Shown here one piece after another: positions 1 to 9,286 of a stretch of DNA of 33,153 nt. The DNA is from a virus (lineage: Duplodnaviria > Caudoviricetes). The stretch covers positions 1 to 33,153 of IMG/VR virus record IMGVR_UViG_3300042860_002877, one strand, 5' to 3'. The stretch's first letter is position 1. Each line of letters starts with the position of its first letter. The position numbers were made by a program, and so were the translations under genes. The notes beneath the pieces were generated by a model. That model was not told the DNA's origin, ran no database searches, and saw only the letters and a program-made list of their open reading frames with translations.

Positions 1-135
1 AGCAGGATGATATGAATCTGTTATTTCTATATCTGGATAAAAGGACTGTAACATAGCCATTGCTATTGAGTGCGATCCACTGCGAGGAATTAGAATTATA
101 CTATTTCCATTCGGGCTTGTTAATATGTTTGCCAT
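1..135 (-). CDS. Partial ORF running off the window; possible sulfotransferase-family protein
   Basis: ATG at 135, 2 nt after the upstream stop. Hand translation MANILTSPNGNSIILIPRSGSHSIAMAMLQSFYPDIEITDSYHPA; IPRSGSHS resembles the PAPS-binding 5'-PSB loop. Confidence 0.5.
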   Translation of the reverse strand, partial: MANILTSPNGNSIILIPRSGSHSIAMAMLQSFYPDIEITDSYHPA

Positions 136-137
136 AA

Positions 138-1070
138 TTATGTAAAGTAAAGTATTACTGCTCCAGTTTCTCTAGTTTCATTTGTAAAGTATCCTCCATT
201 ACCGCCGCCTATACCGCCAGAGATAAATCCTCCATACTTATCAAAATGACTACCAGCACCAAATACATTTGGATTACTAGGCTTAATATTTTCTATATTT
301 GTGGTTGGGTCTATTCCTAATAGATTTAATACGGCAAATAGACCATCTACATCTGTTGCTTTAAATACTATATATCCTCCAATATTTTGTGAGGTATTTC
401 CACCAACCGCCCCCGCAGCCCAAATTCCGTTACCCAAATATTGTATTGATCCTCCTATAGCTCCACCGTCTCCGCCAGAAAATTCTCCACCGTTATATTT
501 GAGAGTTCCATTGCTTGCTCTACCGCCACCAAATCCAGTAATAGTCGTTCCATTATATGTTACTGTTGTATTATTACCGGGCGTATCAAAATTGCCATTA
601 CTAACAGCAGCACCAACTGTATAAGCTACAGAAGAGCCACTATTAACATTCCAAGTTTTATATGCTGTTCCACCAGCGGATCTTTGATAGTTTCCACCAC
701 TTCCAATAGCCCATGCTTTCATAGTGGTGGCACCAGTTGGTATTGTATATGAAGAACCAGTTGTTAGCATAACTGCCATTGGTGAGAATGGCGCCGCAGT
801 GGTAGTAGTAGTTGAGGTTGTTGTGGTGGTTGGTGCCGCAGTGGTAGTGGTGGTGGTGGTGGTGGTGGTGGTTGTTGGGGCCGCAGTGGTGGTTGTTGTG
901 GTTGTGGTTGTAGTTGTTGGAGCAGCAGTGGTTGTGGTTGTGGTTGTGGTAGGTAGAACCCCAGTTGGTGGATAAATAATAACATTATCCAAATATAATT
1001 TTTGGATATTGATATCTCCAAGCTTTAAATCTGGAAAATCTAGTAAGTTTTCACCAAGATAAATTGGCAT
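138..1070 (-). CDS. Virion fibre/decoration protein with Thr-rich linker and glycine-rich C-terminal domain
   Basis: 310 aa ORF with AAGGA RBS. Four poly-Thr blocks separated by AAP, then a Gly-rich domain (YTIPTGATTMKAWAIGSGG...GAVILYFT) typical of phage structural proteins. Confidence 0.7.
   Translation of the reverse strand: MPIYLGENLLDFPDLKLGDINIQKLYLDNVIIYPPTGVLPTTTTTTTTAAPTTTTTTTTTTTAAPTTTTTTTTTTTTAAPTTTTTSTTTTTAAPFSPMAVMLTTGSSYTIPTGATTMKAWAIGSGGNYQRSAGGTAYKTWNVNSGSSVAYTVGAAVSNGNFDTPGNNTTVTYNGTTITGFGGGRASNGTLKYNGGEFSGGDGGAIGGSIQYLGNGIWAAGAVGGNTSQNIGGYIVFKATDVDGLFAVLNLLGIDPTTNIENIKPSNPNVFGAGSHFDKYGGFISGGIGGGNGGYFTNETRETGAVILYFT
790..950 (-). repeat. Coding low-complexity (ACN)n repeat: four poly-Thr/AAP units
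   Basis: gtg/gtt/gta triplet runs on + strand; third positions vary while Thr is kept. Confidence 0.9.
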
Positions 1071-1082
1071 GTTATTTATCCT

Positions 1083-1346
1083 TTAAGAAATAACATATAG
1101 TATGTTTGGGTCTGGAGAAGATAGAGCATCATACTGAGCTTGTGTCATGGAAATAATTTGTTTAATTCCAGATCCACTAACAACATTTTCTAAAGTTGAC
1201 CAAGATTTTGTACCGTCGCCAAGTTTAAATTCTTTTGTTGTAGTGTCATAGCCCGGCTCACCACTTGCTAGAACTGTTTCAGAATTTAACCATTCTGTTG
1301 TAGTTCCTCTTTTAAATTGAATCTTTGGATTAATATTTTCTGACAT
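1083..1346 (-). CDS. Small tail-fibre-associated protein (Mtd-N/hyaluronidase N-terminal-like domain)
   Basis: IQFKRGTTTEW...LASGEPGYDTTTKEFKLGDG motif; C-terminal MTQAQYDAL..PDPNILYVI motif common in fibre proteins. Confidence 0.75.
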   Translation of the reverse strand: MSENINPKIQFKRGTTTEWLNSETVLASGEPGYDTTTKEFKLGDGTKSWSTLENVVSGSGIKQIISMTQAQYDALSSPDPNILYVIS

Positions 1347-1361
1347 TTTATACCCCTTGTA

Positions 1362-3743
1362 TTATATATTGTTTATGCCGGATACTGTTGCAAACATATG
1401 CGCACCACCAGTAAAAACATTCTGCCATCTGATATCAGATTCTATCTTAGTAGCTACGTTTCTATCAACATTATCGCCTAAACCAAGTTGACCAAAATTA
1501 TTTTCACCCATTGTTAATATGTAATTATCATCATCTACAAGCGAAGTATTTTTACCACCCGCACTAATTTGACGTATATTTGAATTACTAAGTCTATATG
1601 GAGTTAATCTATCTATGCTATCTCCAGTGCCAAGTTGTCCCTTGTGATTTTGCCCAAATGTTAATACCTGACTTGTATTAGATATCATAATAGAATGTTT
1701 TGATCCAGCGTCAATATCTGAAATTGTATAAGTTGGATTCTGATAAAATAAGATATTTTCACCGCCAGCATATCCATGATGAAAATTATATACGCTAACT
1801 TTATCAAAATCGCCACTAACACTAATATACAAATTGCCATAGTAAAAGTCATATTGTCCATCTGATGTTGTATCAATTAGTTGTAAGCATCCAGCAAACG
1901 TGTCGCCAGTATAGGTTATTTGTTGTGTCTTGCCACCGTTGAGAACTGCTATTGGATGAGACTGAGGAATACCACTAATAACATATACACCCGTTCCTAA
2001 TACAAATTTTTCTAGTGAATTATATGTTTTATTTTCAGTATACTGGAAAACATATTTATAGTCATCATTAATCTGTTGAACCGCCACATTAGAACCGCTA
2101 CTCAGTGTAATAAAATTGTCGTCAGTAAATAAAGAGTAGTTAAATGTTATTTCTTTTGGATCTCTTAAATTGACTTTATTTCCATGTCCAAGTTGACCAT
2201 GATCATTTTGACCAAATGTAAACGCTTTACCAGTACTATCTAAAGCAATAGAATGATGATTACCGGCGGTTACTTTAGTCCAATTATTTTTATTTCCTAT
2301 TTTCTTAGGTGTAGATTGGTTTTTATTAGTACCATTACCAAGTTGACCAAAACTATTTTGGCCCCAAGAATAAAGATATCCACGCTTTATTCCAATCGAA
2401 TGGTGTAAGCCAGCAGCAACGTCTGTCCAGCCAGTATTTGGATTTAAATAGTATATTAAGTCTGTGCCGTTTTCTAAAAAGCCACCGCTAGTTCTAACAC
2501 TTACAACGTCGTAGTTACCACTAACCGTTATGGTCATATATCCAGAATAATACTTATAACCACTTACTGTTCCTTCTAACACCCCTCCACTGTAACTAAT
2601 TAAATTTTCTATACCAGAATTTGTAATTGCAATTGCACTTGCTGGAGGTATTCCACTAATTGTATATAGACCGCTATTTGCTATATATTTTGTTGATAGT
2701 GGATTTGTGCTAAATGTAAATATTCCACTCTGTGTGTTTATGCCACTTGTTATTAGTCTAGGTAATTCTTGTATGTGATAATTTTCTCCCACAAGTGTGA
2801 ATTTATTTCTAAGAGATGTATCGCCAAGACCTAATTTACCATATGATCCGTCGCCACAACTAAATAAATAACCACTAGCATTTATAGCTAAAGAGTGTTG
2901 TGATCCGGCAGATATATTTATCCATAAAGGATTATTGTCGAAAATGCCAGAACCAAGATAATTTTTTTCGACTTTAGTTAGTTGTTTTCTGTTTGTACCA
3001 GTTCCATCATTTGTTAGACCTAGTTGTCCATAGTAATTATAACCAGCGGAATATAATCCACTATTGTTGTCTAGCCCCAAAGTGTGATAATTTCCTAAAC
3101 TAAAATCTGACCATAGCTTATTATCAACTATGAATGTGGGATCATTTCTATTGTTTTCATCTCCAAGTGCAAGTTGACCAAATTCATTATATCCAAAGCT
3201 AAATATATTATCAACTACCGGTTGTGGAGTTGTAGTTGTTGTTGTAGTAGTAGTTGCATAGTATGCTGTGTATATGATTAGATGTAATTTGAAATTTGAT
3301 GTTTCATCAGTTGTATTTGCACTAGATCCTCCACCAATAACTCCACCGTCAATATCATTGATAGCATTCATGAATACTACAGACACTTGATCTGTTGATG
3401 ACACAAACGCATTTTTGATAAAAACATAATTTGGTAGATTAGTGTCTGGACAAGCTAATACAGCATAATCATTGTTTGTATTAAGACCGCTGACACTTAT
3501 ATTTACAGTAGCACTACTATTTGGTTCAATAGCTGGAATAGTTATAGTTGATGTTTTAGACAGAAAATTATTTGTATGTACATATTCTGGTAAATCACGC
3601 CAACTAGTAACCCCATTTCCTATTTTTAAAGTAAATCTGTCTGTTGAAAATGCTGGTTCACCATCCTTTAGTATTGGATTAGCATTATAAAATGCTGCTT
3701 CAGTATCTCTTCTTAGTTGAATATGTTGATACAAAGATGACAT
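1362..3743 (-). CDS. RCC1-repeat beta-propeller virion protein with N-terminal Mtd-N-like domain
   Basis: N-terminal IQLRRDT...GEPAFSTDRFTLKIGNG, a Thr linker, then about seven GxNxxGQLGxG / AGxxHS repeats. Confidence 0.85.
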   Translation of the reverse strand: MSSLYQHIQLRRDTEAAFYNANPILKDGEPAFSTDRFTLKIGNGVTSWRDLPEYVHTNNFLSKTSTITIPAIEPNSSATVNISVSGLNTNNDYAVLACPDTNLPNYVFIKNAFVSSTDQVSVVFMNAINDIDGGVIGGGSSANTTDETSNFKLHLIIYTAYYATTTTTTTTTPQPVVDNIFSFGYNEFGQLALGDENNRNDPTFIVDNKLWSDFSLGNYHTLGLDNNSGLYSAGYNYYGQLGLTNDGTGTNRKQLTKVEKNYLGSGIFDNNPLWINISAGSQHSLAINASGYLFSCGDGSYGKLGLGDTSLRNKFTLVGENYHIQELPRLITSGINTQSGIFTFSTNPLSTKYIANSGLYTISGIPPASAIAITNSGIENLISYSGGVLEGTVSGYKYYSGYMTITVSGNYDVVSVRTSGGFLENGTDLIYYLNPNTGWTDVAAGLHHSIGIKRGYLYSWGQNSFGQLGNGTNKNQSTPKKIGNKNNWTKVTAGNHHSIALDSTGKAFTFGQNDHGQLGHGNKVNLRDPKEITFNYSLFTDDNFITLSSGSNVAVQQINDDYKYVFQYTENKTYNSLEKFVLGTGVYVISGIPQSHPIAVLNGGKTQQITYTGDTFAGCLQLIDTTSDGQYDFYYGNLYISVSGDFDKVSVYNFHHGYAGGENILFYQNPTYTISDIDAGSKHSIMISNTSQVLTFGQNHKGQLGTGDSIDRLTPYRLSNSNIRQISAGGKNTSLVDDDNYILTMGENNFGQLGLGDNVDRNVATKIESDIRWQNVFTGGAHMFATVSGINNI

Positions 3744-4672
3744 TAAAATACCCTATCTAGTGTCCAATCTACATTTCTTGGAGGAAATCCATCTACATCA
3801 CTAAATACCCAAGATCCATTTTGTGATAACATTCCGGCAGCATCAGATTCACGAATCCAAAAACTACCTTCGGGTTGATCATGTCTAGTTGGACCACCAT
3901 TCCAAACACCCCAACTATTTTGAACTAGAAAGAGTGTCTCTTTAAATACTTCATGAGTATCATCCATTCCAATCCATGCCATAGCGTGCGCCCAAGATCC
4001 AGATTTAGAAGCTATACCATGCTTATCACGCCTAGAACTAAATCCGTACATAGAACATACACTAATAGAGTAGCCATTTGCTAAAGCATCTCTTGCTTGT
4101 TCTATAGTGTTGATTAAGCTAATAGTCTTGACTTGATGTTTTTGGGCTTCTTCTAATAAAACTTTTGGAACACCCCTAGAACCCCAACTAGAACCTAGTT
4201 TGCCTTGATATGTAGATAAATCTATATCTTCATATTGTTTTCTAATTAAGATTCCTCCAGATTTATTAACGAATTTAGCAGCACCAGAACAGGTCATGCC
4301 TTCACCATTATGACCTCTTGATCCATAAATGCCTTCAGTGGCTCCGCGAGCAACAAATTCTTCACGTTCACCGTTGATTATCTCACATGATCTTGTTATA
4401 TCTATAGCATTGCGAGTTGAGTGCGAAACGCAATCACCAACAACTTGCCTTTCAGATGGGCCAAAATTAGGATCAAATTTGAGTAAATTCTTAAATGGTA
4501 ATGCTAGTTTTCCTTTACCACTACCATATAAACCATAAGCTGCCGCACCAAAAAGAGGATGCGGCAGTTCACCTAATAACTTATCTAATTCTTCGGGATC
4601 ACACCAAGATCCCATAAATCCATCACGATAAGCTTTGAGTAGATCGTGTGGCTTTTTAAACTCTATAGTCAT
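3743..4672 (-). CDS. Papain-like (C1-type) cysteine peptidase
   Basis: QVVGDCVSH (Gln/Cys), WAHAM (His), QNSWG (Asn). Start moved to ATG 4672, which overlaps the upstream TGA (ATGA). Confidence 0.75.
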   Translation of the reverse strand: MTIEFKKPHDLLKAYRDGFMGSWCDPEELDKLLGELPHPLFGAAAYGLYGSGKGKLALPFKNLLKFDPNFGPSERQVVGDCVSHSTRNAIDITRSCEIINGEREEFVARGATEGIYGSRGHNGEGMTCSGAAKFVNKSGGILIRKQYEDIDLSTYQGKLGSSWGSRGVPKVLLEEAQKHQVKTISLINTIEQARDALANGYSISVCSMYGFSSRRDKHGIASKSGSWAHAMAWIGMDDTHEVFKETLFLVQNSWGVWNGGPTRHDQPEGSFWIRESDAAGMLSQNGSWVFSDVDGFPPRNVDWTLDRVF

Positions 4673-4884
4673 TTTACTTCTACTACTTTTGGACCTTTTA
4701 GCCACTTAACCACAGCATCTAATAGAAGGGTGACTACTGGAACTAATAACACGCCAGTATTGCCCCAATCCACTGTATTGATATTTTCAATAACATATGT
4801 TAGTACAGCACCGGTGCCAACTAAAACTGCATTTTTTGTTAAATTAACTATATCGTTAACATTTAAGCTATATCTAGGAGACAT
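4669..4884 (-). CDS. Small two-TM membrane protein, holin-like
   Basis: 71 aa with two hydrophobic segments and a basic C-terminus; GAGG RBS; coupled to the peptidase. Confidence 0.55.
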   Translation of the reverse strand: MSPRYSLNVNDIVNLTKNAVLVGTGAVLTYVIENINTVDWGNTGVLLVPVVTLLLDAVVKWLKGPKVVEVK

Positions 4885-4901
4885 AATTGACCTCTCTTTA
4901 C

Positions 4902-5489
4902 TTATTTTGTTTCTGAAACACTTACTAAAAAGCCACCATGCTCTACGTCTGTAATCCTATATGGGTATCCCATTAATCTAATTTTTCTACCATCTTGTGT
5001 GCCTGTTTCTTTGCTAAATCTACGATTCATTTTTAGGCAAGATCTAAATTCATTGAGAACTTCTTCTCTCTGATCTTCTTCTATTATATTTAACCAATCA
5101 TAACCCTCTATGCTATTTATTGTATTCTTGATTAGATCTCCAAAATGAACATTATTCCATATTAGTCTACCATCATTATCTGTTTCAAATAATGGTATGT
5201 TGCTATAGTGTAGTCCAGCTTTAGTTCTTTGTTCAATTATTTTTTGTCTTTTTTCTATCCTATGGCATGTGCTTTTAAGTTCTATAATAGCATCTTTTAA
5301 GCTATTGCCACCATTAGTTGTTAATTCTTTTCTTAGCTCATTAACAGATTCTATAAAAACATCATGATTTTTGATTAATTTTACGAGTGGGTTGATTAAC
5401 TTTTTCCACAATAATGTAAAAAAGGTAATAATTCCACCAATAGAACTGAGTAGTATTGTTAATATTTCTGTATTAATCCATTCTGGCAT
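4902..5489 (-). CDS. Membrane-anchored PAS-domain protein
   Basis: N-terminal TM, coiled coil with NGGNSLKDAI, then LFETDNDGRLIWNN...EGYDWLNIIEEDQREEV, a PAS-like pattern. Confidence 0.7.
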   Translation of the reverse strand: MPEWINTEILTILLSSIGGIITFFTLLWKKLINPLVKLIKNHDVFIESVNELRKELTTNGGNSLKDAIIELKSTCHRIEKRQKIIEQRTKAGLHYSNIPLFETDNDGRLIWNNVHFGDLIKNTINSIEGYDWLNIIEEDQREEVLNEFRSCLKMNRRFSKETGTQDGRKIRLMGYPYRITDVEHGGFLVSVSETK

Positions 5490-5522
5490 AAATAGACCCT
5501 TTAAGAATATTAGGTTTATAGT

Positions 5523-5555
5523 AATTGATAATAGCCCCCTATTTCTAGAGGGCTA
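5523..5555 (-). terminator. Stem-loop, probable terminator
   Basis: TAGCCCTCTA-GAAA-TAGGGGGCTA followed by a weak T-rich tail, just after the 5574 stop. Confidence 0.6.
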
Positions 5556-5573
5556 CTACCATTACATCGCTGA

Positions 5574-6212
5574 TCAAGCCTCAAAGCTATCTCTTGCCTT
5601 ATATTCGTCAGTAGTTGGTCTACCTAAAGCGCCAAAGTGATATGTAAGTTCACCGGGAACTGCTCTTGTTGGAGTTGCAGCGTCGTCAGTTGCAGCGGTT
5701 GAACCGTCCATTTGAACAAAGTTTGATGCGTTTCCAGCACCAGTACCCTTTGTTCTGCCGGGAACCATATCTGTGGACGGTCTGGCAAGTACATTAAATT
5801 CTGCATCAGAATAAGACCCTAGTCTGCGTGTCTTTACTGTTGCGTGTACTTCATTTACCATCCTCTTGCCATATTCAGAACCGGGAACTGTTAGAACTGT
5901 ACTAACATCATTATTGATTTTTGCACAGCTATCACCACCAGCTCTTAGAAGGAAATTTCTTTCTCCCTCTTGGGCATTGGGGAAATAAGCTAAACCGCCA
6001 GTTCCACCAGACTTAGCTGTGGTTACTCCAGAATAATCATCAGTTGTTCCATCTTTAGCAACAACCTTTGATCCAGACTCATTACCAGTTTTTAGTTCGT
6101 TTACAGCTAGAACTTTGGTTATTCTACTATCTGAACCAACGTTTCCAGCATTTACAATTGTACCGCCATCATTAACGGTAGAACCAGAACCTTTTACAGT
6201 AGTTGTAGGCAT
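5574..6212 (-). CDS. Hypothetical protein, probably virion structural
   Basis: 212 aa rich in G/T/S/A; GGAG RBS; flanked by a GTGTATA motif and a terminator. Confidence 0.65.
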   Translation of the reverse strand: MPTTTVKGSGSTVNDGGTIVNAGNVGSDSRITKVLAVNELKTGNESGSKVVAKDGTTDDYSGVTTAKSGGTGGLAYFPNAQEGERNFLLRAGGDSCAKINNDVSTVLTVPGSEYGKRMVNEVHATVKTRRLGSYSDAEFNVLARPSTDMVPGRTKGTGAGNASNFVQMDGSTAATDDAATPTRAVPGELTYHFGALGRPTTDEYKARDSFEA

Positions 6213-6280
6213 AATAACTCCATGTAATATTATTTGATCAAATTATATCCAATTTATCCACATAAAATTCCTAGTCCTAT

Positions 6281-6292
6281 TCTATTATACAC
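6281..6292 (-). promoter_or_regulatory. GTGTATA motif, putative phage late promoter
   Basis: GTGTATAATAGA in the intergenic region; the same core precedes five other genes. Confidence 0.5.
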
Positions 6293-6774
6293 TAACTCAA
6301 TCTATTTTGAAGATGAGCAAAGATTTTTTTGAGCTTTTTCCTCACTGTTTCTCTACTGTAATTACGCTTATCTGCCATTTCTTGTATGGTCATATTTGCC
6401 AACTTATCTAATATTAGATCTTTTTCCTCTTGTGTTTTTAACTCGTCTAGAATGTCTATAATGTGTATAGGGCTATCCTTACCAGCAACATTAACGTGCA
6501 ACATTTTATTATGTAGATCTTTGGACTTCTTTTCAAACTTAGCCGCTTTTAGGCATTCTATTAAAACGCCTTTATATAGATATGTGGTAAACTTGGTATT
6601 CTTATTTTCGTCATAATTTAGTAGAGATTTCCAAAGTGCATTAATTTTACATGTATATAATGTGTCAGAATCTAACTGTCTATAGAATAGAGAACACGCC
6701 TTGTTCATTATATTGACTATATCTTTGTCCTTCATGGCAATATCAATTTTAACATCTAAATTTTCCGTATTCAT
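6292..6774 (-). CDS. Sigma-70-family sigma factor-like protein
   Basis: Region-2-like ALWKSLLNYDENKNTKFTTYLY and region-4 HTH MTIQEMADKRNYSRETVRKKL. Confidence 0.75.
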   Translation of the reverse strand: MNTENLDVKIDIAMKDKDIVNIMNKACSLFYRQLDSDTLYTCKINALWKSLLNYDENKNTKFTTYLYKGVLIECLKAAKFEKKSKDLHNKMLHVNVAGKDSPIHIIDILDELKTQEEKDLILDKLANMTIQEMADKRNYSRETVRKKLKKIFAHLQNRLS

Positions 6775-7196
6775 AAATCTCCTTTTAATAATTCTTTTTC
6801 AATGTTATTTCTTACATTTTGAAATTTGAACATTTTACCAACACCGATAAAAAATCTATATCTACTGAATATTTTTAGTACTTCTACACCCTCAGTAGCA
6901 TCTAAGATTTTTTTTGTATCATTTGTAATATCAAAATTAGTATGACCTATCCAACAGTCAAAATTAGTAATCATTGATAATTCATCAAAAATCTTGGGAT
7001 TCATTGGCATCATTATGCCTTTACTCAGTATATCTACATCTGAATCATCTACGGCATCGTCTAATTCCTCTTCTTCAACTATCTCGTCGCCATTCATGCG
7101 TCCATAAAATTGTTTGATAATATCTAGAAAAAACGTAGAAGAAATTTGTTCTTCAATTACATTTTCGTATTTTTGCCAGCCTATTTTCTTTTTCAT
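6771..7196 (-). CDS. Hypothetical phage protein
   Basis: ORF coupled to the sigma gene; start moved to MKKKIGW (7196) to avoid overlap. Confidence 0.7.
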   Translation of the reverse strand: MKKKIGWQKYENVIEEQISSTFFLDIIKQFYGRMNGDEIVEEEELDDAVDDSDVDILSKGIMMPMNPKIFDELSMITNFDCWIGHTNFDITNDTKKILDATEGVEVLKIFSRYRFFIGVGKMFKFQNVRNNIEKELLKGDL

Positions 7197-7198
7197 GC

Positions 7199-7540
7199 TT
7201 ATGTTATCATCTCTGATGGTTTGATGCATGGTTCTTGTCTTTTATTATGGTTTAGGATGTTGTCTAACATTGATTTTTCTTGAAGTATCATGAAGATTTT
7301 TAATAATTGTTCTTCTTTGCCACTGTTGATAAAATGAGACTGTATGAAATTTAGCATTTCAATAAGCACTCTTTCTCCTTGAAAAATTTCTAATATGTCA
7401 CATAAAGCTACAAGACTTTGTTCATCATAACTCAACAATTCTATATTTAACTTGGGCTTTTCACCACTTGTGCTAATGGCAAATTCAACTTTAGCTAAGT
7501 CTTTAAGATCAATCTGTTTAGTTTTCCAAAACTTAAACAT
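7199..7540 (-). CDS. Hypothetical protein
   Basis: 113 aa ORF tightly packed in the operon. Confidence 0.7.
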   Translation of the reverse strand: MFKFWKTKQIDLKDLAKVEFAISTSGEKPKLNIELLSYDEQSLVALCDILEIFQGERVLIEMLNFIQSHFINSGKEEQLLKIFMILQEKSMLDNILNHNKRQEPCIKPSEMIT

Positions 7541-8609
7541 AGTTGATTATCTTTCTAGCAGCATGATCCCAAGAAAAATATTGAGCAGTAACTATGCCGT
7601 GCTGATTGATATTTAGTTTATTTTGTTGCTTGAGGTTGTGGATGGATCTTAGATGTGTAATAAATTGATTCTTTGCGTCTTCATTTATCTTAGCCCATTC
7701 GCCATTTCCATGAAACCATTTACCATCATATGCTGTTTCTTGTTCTGTTATATCCACCAAGTATGAATTAGTATTATTACAAAACTCTTTATGTGCGGAA
7801 TAGTTTGTGGTGATTACGTTCTTACCACACGACATTAGCTCTAATAGTTCTAAATTCCAGCCTTCTGCTCTTGATGGGAAAACTCCACAATCTATTTCTG
7901 ACATAATATTATACACTTCTTCTTGTGTATTTGCCCTTGGTATAAACTTAATCTTACTACCAAGTTTTGACTTACTATATAAATTAACCCATTCATTTTG
8001 ATCATTTTCGTTTAGAAATGGGTTATGACACATCATCCATAGTTCAACATTGTCGTTTTCTTCAAAAGCCTCATTAAAGATTTCTACTAATATATCGTGA
8101 CCTTTTCTAACTTCCCACTTTCCACAGTTAAAAAACACTGTATTTGGATTTGGTGATGTAAATTCATAATTATTTGGATGAAATATTTTAGAATCTACAC
8201 CTAGTGGAATCACATTAATTTGATCTTCGGTTAGCTGTAACTGATCTAGACATATATCTTTAGCCCAGTTTGAACACACAAAAAGTTGATCAACACTATT
8301 AAGATGATGTTTTTCTTGCGTTGTGAAGACGTTTAATTCAAAGAATGGAAATCCTATCTTTTTACCACGACCAACAAATTGAGACATATCGTGTTGGTGC
8401 CAAATTCTTATACAGGGAGCGTTGAAATCTGGTATTTTGGCATTCAGTAGAGATTGTTTGGCTATATCAGAATTTTCCTTATTTGTAATCTGTACTGGGC
8501 CTATTGGAAATAACGAAATATTTGATAATAGACTCAAGGATTTTAGGATATTGAGTCCAGCTATGCCATATCCAAGCTGATTTATTGGTGTAATTAAGTT
8601 AATATTCAT
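7533..8609 (-). CDS. Glycosyltransferase family 4 (GT-B)
   Basis: GKWEVRKGHDIL and VFPSRAEGWNLELLELMSCG (EX7E-type) motifs. Confidence 0.9.
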   Translation of the reverse strand: MNINLITPINQLGYGIAGLNILKSLSLLSNISLFPIGPVQITNKENSDIAKQSLLNAKIPDFNAPCIRIWHQHDMSQFVGRGKKIGFPFFELNVFTTQEKHHLNSVDQLFVCSNWAKDICLDQLQLTEDQINVIPLGVDSKIFHPNNYEFTSPNPNTVFFNCGKWEVRKGHDILVEIFNEAFEENDNVELWMMCHNPFLNENDQNEWVNLYSKSKLGSKIKFIPRANTQEEVYNIMSEIDCGVFPSRAEGWNLELLELMSCGKNVITTNYSAHKEFCNNTNSYLVDITEQETAYDGKWFHGNGEWAKINEDAKNQFITHLRSIHNLKQQNKLNINQHGIVTAQYFSWDHAARKIINYV

Positions 8610-9286
8610 GATAATTCCTTCATTGCGGCAGTATTGAACGATCCATGAAAACCAAAACAGTTATATGTATTGATATCCTGTGGATTAAATATTTTCATTA
8701 AACTGGTATTAAATCTTGGAGAACAGCTATGTTCTACTGAAAATTGATATCCAAGCTTTGCTGGTGCAAAATTGATGCCATTATATAGCATATAATCATA
8801 ATTGTGTATGCATAAAAACCAATCTTCTGGAGTTACGAATACGCCTCCCGGCACTCCAGCTTGAAATGGTATATCACTACTATACTTTAATCGTGATGAA
8901 TATTCTAGAAATTTTTTGCTTCTAATGCAGAATCCGCCATTTCCAACAGCGTGATCATGATAAGGCCAAGGCGCTCCTATATAATCATATTTCAGAAATT
9001 CATCATTCCATAGATTTTCTTTTATTATGAAGCCATCCCACTGTATCATCATACAGTAATCTGTATTTATATAGTCTTTTAGAGACTCTACACAAAATTG
9101 AGAATACAAAGCTTGATCAAGCACGGGTATTTTTTTAGTGGGAAATTCGTCATCGTTTTCGTTTGATAAAAGAAATACATCTTCAAAATCCAATTTTTTT
9201 AAGCAATGTCTCATTGCTCTCTTAGTTGGTTCTTTGTATTTTTCGTTGCCGCATACACTAATTAAAGAAACATTGTGTAGTTTCAT
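8606..9286 (-). CDS. DUF5672-family GT-A-like protein
   Basis: MIQWDG, FLKYDYIGAPW, VGNGGFCIRSKK, PED, FSVE, FGFHG motifs. Start moved to ATG 9286. Confidence 0.8.
   Translation of the reverse strand: MKLHNVSLISVCGNEKYKEPTKRAMRHCLKKLDFEDVFLLSNENDDEFPTKKIPVLDQALYSQFCVESLKDYINTDYCMMIQWDGFIIKENLWNDEFLKYDYIGAPWPYHDHAVGNGGFCIRSKKFLEYSSRLKYSSDIPFQAGVPGGVFVTPEDWFLCIHNYDYMLYNGINFAPAKLGYQFSVEHSCSPRFNTSLMKIFNPQDINTYNCFGFHGSFNTAAMKELS

Noticed and set aside
790-950. CRISPR array or non-coding microsatellite
   Set aside because: In-frame Thr codons with synonymous variation; no repeat-spacer structure and no cas genes.
301-1021. ORFs 301..624(+), 724..975(+), 764..1021(-)
   Set aside because: Shadow frames of the Thr/Gly-rich gene (poly-Val and Pro/Gln artefacts).
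1083-3743. Diversity-generating retroelement suggested by Mtd-N-like domains
   Set aside because: No reverse transcriptase and no TR/VR pair seen in the window; the N-terminal domain is a generic fibre module.
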